A stretch of DNA of 24,000 nucleotides from the NCBI RefSeq assembly GCF_000931935.2, contig NZ_AZAC01000027.1, forward strand, positions 7,194 to 31,193, in the 5' to 3' direction. Of the stretch, positions 9,464 to 17,129 are shown piece after piece (within the stretch, counting starts at the first letter, position 1; the number at the start of each line of letters is the position of its first letter). Made by a program: the position numbers and the translations under genes. This stretch comes from Dethiosulfatarculus sandiegensis. Its GTDB lineage: Bacteria > Desulfobacterota > Desulfarculia > Desulfarculales > Desulfarculaceae. The notes under the pieces are model-generated. The model searched no databases. It worked only from the letters and a program-made list of their open reading frames with translations, and was not told the DNA's origin.

Positions 9464-10045
9464 TTAGTTCCTCAAAACAAGGCAACAGGCGTCATCAGTG
9501 CCCTTGCCCAAGTGATGGATTATTTTTTTTGCGATGTCGCCTGCCGAGCCCGTCAAAAGGCCCGGATAATCCAGAAGATCAAAGTTTTCGCGCACACCGT
9601 CCGAAGTCAGCACCAGGGTGTCTCCCACGTGGAAATCCACCTTGAGCTCCTTTGGAGTTGGCGATCTAAAACCCAAGATGCCTCCCCTGGGCACGAATTT
9701 GTAAGCGCCGCCGCCGTATATGCGGGTGTTGATATTGCCCACACCCACATAGGAAAGTTGGCGGTTTTGCAGATTAACCCGACACATGGCGGCAACCGCT
9801 CCCCTGGTGCCCTTGAGGTGTTTGTGCAGCCTCCAGGTGAGGTCCACCAGGTTACTCTTGTAGTTCTCAGCCAGAAACTCTTCGGCCATTAAGGCCACCT
9901 GGTGGGCTTTATTCCCATGCCCCAAGACGTCGATCAGGGCCACAAAGGCCGTTTTGCCTCCTAACTTGATCACTCCTGTGTCTCCACAAGCGTCATCCGG
10001 CCCTTCCAAAGAGTATTTTTCCAGGTGAGCATCCAGTTGGGGCAT
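9464..10045 (-). CDS. rsbX: RsbX-like PP2C/SpoIIE-family serine phosphatase
   Basis: About 193 aa. GDTGVI...ALIDVLGHGNKAH...GTRGAVAAM...YVGVGNI...GDTLVLTSDG matches the RsbX/SpoIIE phosphatase pattern in order and in size. I prefer the ATG at 10045: GGAGGA SD lies 5 nt upstream and the start overlaps the rsbT-like stop as TGATG. The track start is 10057. Confidence 0.75.
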   Translation of the reverse strand: MPQLDAHLEKYSLEGPDDACGDTGVIKLGGKTAFVALIDVLGHGNKAHQVALMAEEFLAENYKSNLVDLTWRLHKHLKGTRGAVAAMCRVNLQNRQLSYVGVGNINTRIYGGGAYKFVPRGGILGFRSPTPKELKVDFHVGDTLVLTSDGVRENFDLLDYPGLLTGSAGDIAKKIIHHLGKGTDDACCLVLRN

Positions 10046-10485
10046 CAGTTCCTCCATTTGAGTGCGGTAACCGTGGTCCCTACGCCTGGAGATGACTCAA
10101 GGCTGAACTCATCCATGATTCTTTTTACGCTGGGCAACCCAAGTCCCAGGCCGGCGCCTCCACTGAAATGATCTTGCATGGCCTGTTCAATATCATGAAT
10201 CCCGGGGCCGGAATCCCGGGCGACCACCTCAATGCCCTCTCGCTCGCCTTCCATGATAATTCTTATGATCACTTGCCCGCGACCGGCATAACGCAAAATG
10301 TTGGTGGCCAGTTCCGAAACAGCCGAAGCTATCAAGAACTGCCGGTTTTTTTCAAAACCCATGTCGCGGGTAATGCTCCGAGCCGCGCTGACCGTAGTTG
10401 CGATGTCCGAAGGCTCAAACAGGTTGATCAAGGTCTCGTCAATAACCCGGGATCGATTCGTCAATCTGCCTCTCAATGGGGTCAT
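10045..10485 (-). CDS. rsbT: RsbT-like serine/threonine kinase (anti-sigma-factor-type HATPase)
   Basis: SELATNILRYAG (N box), ARDSGPGI (G1) and GGAGLGLGLPSVKRIMDEF (G2). It is small and sits between rsbS-like and rsbX-like genes. I prefer the ATG at 10485 (AGGAAGAGGA SD directly upstream) over the track start at 10539. Either way it overlaps the rsbS-like 3' end. Confidence 0.8.
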   Translation of the reverse strand: MTPLRGRLTNRSRVIDETLINLFEPSDIATTVSAARSITRDMGFEKNRQFLIASAVSELATNILRYAGRGQVIIRIIMEGEREGIEVVARDSGPGIHDIEQAMQDHFSGGAGLGLGLPSVKRIMDEFSLESSPGVGTTVTALKWRN

Positions 10486-10912
10486 TTTCCTCTTCCTGCG
10501 TATTATGATCCTCAAGATCTTCTTCTGTAGGATTTTCACTTTGGGAATCGCCGCGCAAAATCTCCAATCCGTCTTTCATGGTCAGGGCGGTTTCCAAGTC
10601 ATCCAACTCTATATCCAGGTCCACCAGGGCCGAAGCAACGCCGGCCTGGAAACCCACAAAAACGGCTCTTTTCCCCAACAGCTTGATCATGCGGAAGGTC
10701 TGGGCCAGTAACCCGAAGAGCACCGAATCAAGCAATCGCACCCGGGAAACGTCCAGCACCACGCCGCTTAAGGGTATTTTTTCCACCTTGGCCAGCACCT
10801 GCTCCCGTAACATCTGAAGTTCACGATCATCCGGCTCAGCGTTAACCGAAGCAACCAGACAGTCATCCACCACATGCATGCCGTCGCCGTTATGGGAAAT
10901 GACTTTCGACAT
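10439..10912 (-). CDS. rsbS: RsbS-like single-STAS-domain stressosome scaffold protein with acidic C-terminal tail
   Basis: 157 aa. The STAS pattern GVVLDVSRVRLLDSVLFGLL...LLGKRAVFVGFQAGVASALVDL contains the conserved DS phospho-serine position. About 37 acidic extra residues follow at the C terminus. Confidence 0.8.
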   Translation of the reverse strand: MSKVISHNGDGMHVVDDCLVASVNAEPDDRELQMLREQVLAKVEKIPLSGVVLDVSRVRLLDSVLFGLLAQTFRMIKLLGKRAVFVGFQAGVASALVDLDIELDDLETALTMKDGLEILRGDSQSENPTEEDLEDHNTQEEENDPIERQIDESIPGY

Positions 10913-10977
10913 ATTGAGGGTTACTCTCCCGATTCTTCAGGTTTGAAAGGTGCAACCGCCAGGCCAAAGGTCAAAAG

Positions 10978-11790
10978 TTACCTGGTGCTGATTTCGTAAT
11001 TCAACATTTTAAAGGCATCCAAAAGGGCGTCTTCCAGGGTTGAGTTGGTGGACACCTCGCCCAGGCTTATGCCCAGCTCCACCAGGGTCTCCGCCACCTG
11101 GGCGGATATGCCTGAGATAATACAGCGGCAACCCATTAATTTTGTGGCCTTGGTTATTTTGATCAGATGGTTGGCCACGGCGGTGTCCACTGCGGCAACT
11201 CCCTGGATGTCCAGGATAATTACCTTGGAAGCGGTTTCGGTGATCTTGGTCAGCATGGCGTTCATCATCTGCTGGGCCCGCATGGAGTCCACTACTCCCA
11301 CCACGGGCAAGACCACTATGCGATCCCACAGCTTAATCGCCGGAGTGGATATTTCCTGGATAGTCCGGCTCTGCTCCTTAAGTTTTTTCTCCGCCCGCAG
11401 CCTTTCGGTGATGTCGAGGATATACTCCAGCCCGCCGACGACCGCTCCGCTCCCATCTCTGAGCGAGGCGGCGGTGTACTCAATTGGTATCTTGCGGCCG
11501 TTGATGTTGGCTTCGCTTAGGGCCGTACTCCTTTGGCCGGTTTCCATGGCCTCCTTCATGCGGCATTCCTGGTTGCCGCAATGAGTAGAATTCATCAAGG
11601 ACTTGCAAGGGGCTCCCTTGATCTGCTCCCAGGGCTTGCCCAGCATGACCCGGCCTGCTGCGTTCATGAATATCACGTGCAGGTTCCGGTCAACAGCCAT
11701 CACCGGCGTTGGTATCTGCTCTATAAGAGTCAACGCCAGCTCACTATTCATCTCTTCTTTGGCTATGGGATTTTTTATTGTCATCGCCAT
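10978..11790 (-). CDS. rsbR: RsbR-like stressosome sensor: N-terminal PAS domain with Cys/His cluster plus C-terminal STAS domain
   Basis: 270 aa. The C-terminal half, TPAIKLWDRIVVLPVVGVVDSMRAQQMM...IILDIQGVAAVDTAVANHLIKITKATKLMGCRCIISGISAQVAETLVELGI, is the characteristic RsbR STAS signature. The N-terminal half looks like PAS (IPTPVMAVDRNLHVIFMNAAG...LEYILDITER). Confidence 0.85.
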   Translation of the reverse strand: MAMTIKNPIAKEEMNSELALTLIEQIPTPVMAVDRNLHVIFMNAAGRVMLGKPWEQIKGAPCKSLMNSTHCGNQECRMKEAMETGQRSTALSEANINGRKIPIEYTAASLRDGSGAVVGGLEYILDITERLRAEKKLKEQSRTIQEISTPAIKLWDRIVVLPVVGVVDSMRAQQMMNAMLTKITETASKVIILDIQGVAAVDTAVANHLIKITKATKLMGCRCIISGISAQVAETLVELGISLGEVSTNSTLEDALLDAFKMLNYEISTR

Positions 11791-11871
11791 GTTCCTTTTA
11801 GTGATATTAGGCCGTTTATAGGGATCACGAGGGCGGCCCTTTTACGCAAAACTCCATCCGCCTCCGTGGCT

Positions 11872-14800
11872 CTAATTTGCTATCTTATATTTTTTCGGCA
11901 GCCCCCCGACCTTAAGTAGCTCATTTATTTCTTCCTTCAGGGAAATCATCATCTCTTCTCTCCCCACCATCAGACGGCTGAAGCGCTCCAACTCGCCTAA
12001 ATTGCGCCGCAACTCCTCCTCGGCTTTCTTTTGTACGGTCACGTCCATGATCGTACCCACCATGCGAGTCACCAGGCCGTTATCATCATACTCAACTGCC
12101 TTGCCTTTACTTACCTGCCAGCGCAGCTCCCCCGATCCCAGGACCACCCGGTAGGTGACCTCATAATTGTCCCGCCCTCCCCGGCGGTACTTGTCCATCA
12201 TTTCGTCCATCATCCGGCGGTCGTCTTGATGAACGGCATCCCGCCAGAAGCGGTAGGGGTCTTCCAACTCCTCCAGGTCCACCTTCATCAGCTCGGCCCA
12301 GCGTCTATCCACCAGGATTTGGCTGGCCTGCAGGTCGGCGTCCCATATCCCCAGGTTGCCGCCCTCCAAGGCCAGATCAAGCCTTTGCTTGTTTTCCCGT
12401 ACACTAAGCTCCGCCTTTTTTTGGGCGCTGATGTCTGCAACCATGGCAAAGGAACCCGTCTTCCGGCCTGAATCGTCCAGAAAGGGGGTGGCATTGAACA
12501 GACAGGGGATCAGGACGCCGTCGGGCCTTGAAATGGATATCTCGTAGGCGGTTTCTTTCTGTTTTTCCCGTAGAGCCAGTTGCTTTTTTAAAATTTGCAG
12601 GTTTTCCTTGTCATAGAAATCAAAGATATGTCTATCCACAACCTGATCCCTGGGTCTTCCCAGTATGCGGCACATGGCCTCATTGACGTCTTTGGTATAG
12701 CCTTGGTTGTCTATGAACCAAAATCCGTCCAGAGCCGTTCCCAGGATTTTTTTCATGTAGTTTTCGCTGGCCTTGAGGGCGTTTTCCGCCTCTTTTCGCT
12801 CTGTAAAATCATGGGCGCTGGTGCGGAAGCCGGTGAACACTCCCTTATCATCAAAAACCGGGTTCCAGGAAATGGCCACCCACACCTGAAGCCCGTCCCT
12901 ACGTACAACCCGGAAGGGCAGGTCATTAGAGACTTTGCCGTCCAAGGCATGCTCCAAGCTGTCCCGCCAGGTCTGGTGGTCGTCAGGATGGATAAGAGGC
13001 AGGGGGTAGTCTCCCATGGCTTTGCATTCCTCGACCGAATAGCCGGTGATGCGTTCCACTGCCGGGTTGAGCCAGATCAAGCGGCCTTGTGCATCATGCC
13101 ACCCCTCCCAGTCATAGGTGTAGTCGGCGATGATGCGGAATTCATCCTGGGAGCGGCGCAAGGCATCCTCGGCCGCCTTGCGTTCTGTTATGTCGCGCAC
13201 CGTCCCCACTGCGTACCATTTTTCATCGAGCTGGAAGGAGGAGAGGGTAACCTCTACCGGGAATTCCTCGCCTCTGCGGTTACGGGCGGTGATTTCCGTG
13301 GTCTTGCCAAGCACCGGGCCCTGGCCGGTCTCGGCAAAGTGCTTTAAGCCGACGGCTATCTTGTTTCGGTACTTTTCCGGCGCGGCCATGTCATGGAAGG
13401 ACATGCCCTTGGCCTCTTCGGTGTTATAACCGAAGAGCCTCTCGGCGGCTGGATTCCAAAACAGCATCTTGCCATTACTGTCAATCATGACCAGGGCGTC
13501 CTCCACCGCTTGGCTCATGGCCATGACCATGCGTTGGTTGGCCAAGTTTTCCTGCTCGGCAAGCTTACGCTCTGTTATGTCCAGGATAAAACCATTGAAG
13601 ATAAGGCCATCGGCGGCGCTGGTGGGAAAGCCATTTAGCCTCACCCATTTAATCTCTCCGTCGGGCAGGAGGATGCGGCCCTCAAAATTGATGCTTTTTT
13701 CCTGCTCGACCGCTTGCTGAAAATTATTTTCGAGCCGTTTTCTATCATCCTGGTGGATTACCAGCAGGCGCTCTTCGTTTATAATCACCTCGGCCGGTGC
13801 TCCAAAGAACTCACTGGCCTGTTGGTTGAGATAGATGTATTTTCGTTTTCCATTGAAGGGAACATGCAGCTGAAATATCGCTCCCGGCACGTTGGCGGCC
13901 ATGGAAGTGAACCGTTCTTCCGCCTTTTTACGTTCAGCCACCTCTCCTGCGATCCGCCGGTTCCAGGCTATGACCACGGCCAGGATAAGGGCAAATACGA
14001 GAGCCGCCAGACCGCCCACTCGCGCCACATCTCCCCAGTCAAGCTGCCTGACCACCCTGATCTTCAGCCACTTTTCATAGATTAATGCTTTCTCTTTCTC
14101 GTCGAAACCGGGCAGAAATTTGTCCAGGATACTGACCAGCTCCGGCCAATCCTTACGGACTCCAATGGAAATTTTGTAGGTATAGGGAGATGTCGCGGCA
14201 ACCTTGAGGTTTTTGATGCCTTCTTTTCTTTTTACGAATTCCAAGGAAGCAACCGTTCCCACGGCGGCCATGGCCTCGCCGTCCGCGACCATGCGAAACG
14301 CCTCCGTCATGTTGTCGGTCAGCTTTAATCTTAATTCGGGGCGCTCCTTGGCGATAAATTGTTGGACGGCGTAACCTTTGCCTAAGGCAATAGTTTTCCC
14401 TTTTAAAGATGCAAGCCCCGAAACTATCGGCGCGTCATCTCTTGTGATAATCACCAGGGGGGCTTTGAAATAAGGTTTGGTGAAATTAAGATATTCTTCC
14501 CGTTCCTTGGTGTGAACAATCGATGAAACTGCATCCACGCGCTTGGCTTTGGCTTCATCAAGCATCTGATTCCAGGTAAGGCCCTTGACGGGTGAAAGTT
14601 CAATATTTAGTTGGCGGCTTAAAATGCGGATGTAATCAGAGCAAATACCCGCGTAATCTCCCTGACCGTCAAAGTATTCGAATGGGACCCAGGTTGGGTG
14701 CACGCCGAGTCGAATTTTTTTGTGATCCTTTATAAAGGCCTTTTCTTTGGCTGTAAGCTGGGTCTGGCTTATTCCTTGGTCTTTTAGCTCAACCCATTGC

Positions 14801-17022
14801 TGTCGAGTGTTCTTTACCTCCCTGGTGGTCAAATCACCCAAGGCCCTGTCTATAATAGCGGCCAGTTGAGGCCAGTCCTTACGCACTCCGATGGTTAAAA
14901 CCGAGCCCACTGAATCGCGCCGACCCTGGATTTGTAAATTGGAAATCAATTCTTTATTGATTATCCAAGAGGCCACGGCCCGGTTTCCCACATAAGCATC
15001 GGCCCGGCCTCGGGACACGGCATCCAGGGCCATGGCGGTGTTTGGGTATTCAACAATTTTTATTTGGCCGGGGTATTTTTTCTTGAAAGCCTTTACAGTC
15101 CCAAAGCCCTTTTCAAGAGCCAGGGTTTTGCCTTTCAAGTCTTCTTCCTTTTCATAATAGGGGCTTTCTTTACGGGCCACTATGACGTGGGGTATGTTCA
15201 GGTAGGGTCTGGTGAAGTTAAGGTATTTTTTACGCTCCGGCTTGGGTGTCACGTCCATGATTGCGTCTATTTCCTTATCCCTTGCCATGGCGAGATTAGT
15301 TTTAAAAGGCCCGGGCACAATTTCGAATATATCTCCGAGCCTCTCGCTCAATAGCTTCAGATAGCCAATATCAATACCGCTGGGTTTGCCTGAGGCAGAC
15401 AGAAAAGTGATCGGGGGCCAGGCATTCATGACCCCAATGCTGATTTTAGGATGTTGGGCCAGCCATTTTTTTTCCTGGGCAGATAATGTAAAGCGAGGGG
15501 CGCTATCTGCCTTTAGAGCTTTGATGGGCAGCCAGCGAAATTTCAGAGCCTGTATGTCTTCCCTTGATATTGCGTTGAGACCCTTTTGCAAAATATCACG
15601 CAATATGGATTGGTCTTTCAAGGTGGCCATGTGAAGCCTGGTTGCCTCGGGCTTCTCAAGTGACACTTCATCGACAATTTTCAAAGAGGGGATAACATTT
15701 TCCCCAAGTAAATACGTGATGACGCCCAGGCTGCCGATAAATGCGTCCGCTTTTCCCAAGGAAACAGCCTTCAGGCCGTCCAGGACATTATCCGCCTTGA
15801 CGGTTTTTATTTCCCGATGTCCTTTTGTTATGACCCTGGAAATGGAAAAGTCTTCCACTATGGCGAGTTTTTTCCCCGCGAGGTCTTCCAGCCTTCTGAT
15901 ATCCGGGGTTTTTTCATGCACAACCAATACCGAGGGATTGGCAGCGTAATAATTGCTCAGTGCGAATTCACGCTCCCTTTCCGCTGTCTTGTATATGGCA
16001 GGGAGAATGTCTATTTTTTTAGCTCTGAAATCCTTTAACAATTCGGCCCAGGTCAGTCCGTAGACAAATTTTAGCCTTAGCCCCACCTTTTGAGCCGCCA
16101 GGCGCAGCAGGTCATTGGAATAGCCCGTGGGGTTGCCGCTTAGTACGAAGTCAAAGGGAGGCCAGTCTGTTTCAGCGCCGACCACCACCGGGGTCTTTCT
16201 TTCGGTCAGCCATTTCCTTTCCGCTTGGCTGAGAGTAACCTCTGTTTCATCCTTGGCTAAATACCGAGGAAACTGTCTGTTCTTAATGGTTAGAATTTCT
16301 TTTGGGGAAATGGCGGCCAAGCCTTTGTTGACCTGGCCCAGCAGTGTGGGGCGATCCTTGGCAACCCCGGCCAATAGGGGATCTTTTGAAAATGGTGTTG
16401 CGCCTTTGATTATTTTTTCGCTTAAGCCCATTTGTGTAAGGAGCGCCTGGAAGGAAATTGCTTCAGCCGCCACGGCCCTGACCTCGCCTTGGTCCAATGC
16501 GCGGGCCAGTTGTTCCGGGGCGGCTATTTGCCTAAAGGCAATGTCAGGGTGTTTTTGAGTCAAAAGGCCTATGAAAAAGGAATCCTTGAGCACTGCCACA
16601 TCTTTGCCGGTCAACTCGGATGGCGCCACCGGGCCGCCCTTTTTGAGATAGAACAGACTGGTGTTAAAGGTGAACAAAGGTTTGGAAAAGTTCAGCCACT
16701 TGATCATGTAGGGTTCGCGCACAAGCCCACCGTGGATATCCGCCCGGCCGTCGCCCACCATGCGCAGAGTCTCGCCATAGGGCGCGGAGACGAACTCCAC
16801 CTTTATGCCCGTTTTTTCCGACCACAACCGCCAGATGTCCACCAGCCATCCCCGGGCCCGGCCTTTGTCGTCCAGTGTGCAAAAGGGCGGGTAATCATCA
16901 CAGATGGCCACATTCAACGAAATAAATTTTTTGGGGGCGCCATGGGCCGGGTCAGAAAGCGCGCACAGGCAAATCCAGACAGCCAGGGTTACTGCCAGGC
17001 TCCCTGTTAAAAATGCTTTCAT
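11872..17022 (-). CDS. Giant membrane sensor protein: signal peptide, 4 tandem periplasmic solute-binding (SBP_bac_3-like) domains, 1 TM helix, 5 PAS domains, short coiled-coil tail, no catalytic output domain
   Basis: 1716-aa ORF. Signal peptide: MKAFLTGSLAVTLAVWICLCALSDPAHGA. Four repeated modules (about aa 33-250, 263-497, 512-743, 755-986) each contain WPPF/YPPF, F(S/T)(K/R)P(Y/L)(F/L) and GK(T/K)(L/I)A motifs. Modules are joined by L(S/T)xxEKxW/F linkers. TM helix GGLAALVFALILAVVIAW is encoded at 13963-14022. Five PAS units each end in D(I/F)T(E/V)(R/Q)K. GAGG SD lies 5 nt before the ATG. Confidence 0.9.
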   Translation of the reverse strand: MKAFLTGSLAVTLAVWICLCALSDPAHGAPKKFISLNVAICDDYPPFCTLDDKGRARGWLVDIWRLWSEKTGIKVEFVSAPYGETLRMVGDGRADIHGGLVREPYMIKWLNFSKPLFTFNTSLFYLKKGGPVAPSELTGKDVAVLKDSFFIGLLTQKHPDIAFRQIAAPEQLARALDQGEVRAVAAEAISFQALLTQMGLSEKIIKGATPFSKDPLLAGVAKDRPTLLGQVNKGLAAISPKEILTIKNRQFPRYLAKDETEVTLSQAERKWLTERKTPVVVGAETDWPPFDFVLSGNPTGYSNDLLRLAAQKVGLRLKFVYGLTWAELLKDFRAKKIDILPAIYKTAEREREFALSNYYAANPSVLVVHEKTPDIRRLEDLAGKKLAIVEDFSISRVITKGHREIKTVKADNVLDGLKAVSLGKADAFIGSLGVITYLLGENVIPSLKIVDEVSLEKPEATRLHMATLKDQSILRDILQKGLNAISREDIQALKFRWLPIKALKADSAPRFTLSAQEKKWLAQHPKISIGVMNAWPPITFLSASGKPSGIDIGYLKLLSERLGDIFEIVPGPFKTNLAMARDKEIDAIMDVTPKPERKKYLNFTRPYLNIPHVIVARKESPYYEKEEDLKGKTLALEKGFGTVKAFKKKYPGQIKIVEYPNTAMALDAVSRGRADAYVGNRAVASWIINKELISNLQIQGRRDSVGSVLTIGVRKDWPQLAAIIDRALGDLTTREVKNTRQQWVELKDQGISQTQLTAKEKAFIKDHKKIRLGVHPTWVPFEYFDGQGDYAGICSDYIRILSRQLNIELSPVKGLTWNQMLDEAKAKRVDAVSSIVHTKEREEYLNFTKPYFKAPLVIITRDDAPIVSGLASLKGKTIALGKGYAVQQFIAKERPELRLKLTDNMTEAFRMVADGEAMAAVGTVASLEFVKRKEGIKNLKVAATSPYTYKISIGVRKDWPELVSILDKFLPGFDEKEKALIYEKWLKIRVVRQLDWGDVARVGGLAALVFALILAVVIAWNRRIAGEVAERKKAEERFTSMAANVPGAIFQLHVPFNGKRKYIYLNQQASEFFGAPAEVIINEERLLVIHQDDRKRLENNFQQAVEQEKSINFEGRILLPDGEIKWVRLNGFPTSAADGLIFNGFILDITERKLAEQENLANQRMVMAMSQAVEDALVMIDSNGKMLFWNPAAERLFGYNTEEAKGMSFHDMAAPEKYRNKIAVGLKHFAETGQGPVLGKTTEITARNRRGEEFPVEVTLSSFQLDEKWYAVGTVRDITERKAAEDALRRSQDEFRIIADYTYDWEGWHDAQGRLIWLNPAVERITGYSVEECKAMGDYPLPLIHPDDHQTWRDSLEHALDGKVSNDLPFRVVRRDGLQVWVAISWNPVFDDKGVFTGFRTSAHDFTERKEAENALKASENYMKKILGTALDGFWFIDNQGYTKDVNEAMCRILGRPRDQVVDRHIFDFYDKENLQILKKQLALREKQKETAYEISISRPDGVLIPCLFNATPFLDDSGRKTGSFAMVADISAQKKAELSVRENKQRLDLALEGGNLGIWDADLQASQILVDRRWAELMKVDLEELEDPYRFWRDAVHQDDRRMMDEMMDKYRRGGRDNYEVTYRVVLGSGELRWQVSKGKAVEYDDNGLVTRMVGTIMDVTVQKKAEEELRRNLGELERFSRLMVGREEMMISLKEEINELLKVGGLPKKYKIAN

Positions 17023-17129
17023 GACAACCTCATGGGTCTAATTGCACCATATTTATGTATGGTTGGGCAAGCCTTCTTACTATTTAATCTCTTTGTTTAG
17101 TAGGTTTTCGTTTTAAGCAAGCCAAACTT

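Noticed and set aside
12031-17010. Plus-strand ORFs of 60-250 aa (12031-12471, 12595-13347, 13714-14085, 16127-16558, 16432-17010 and others) inside the giant sensor gene
   Set aside because: All are antisense to a continuous 1716-aa frame with repeated SBP and PAS motifs. They have no recognisable motifs of their own.
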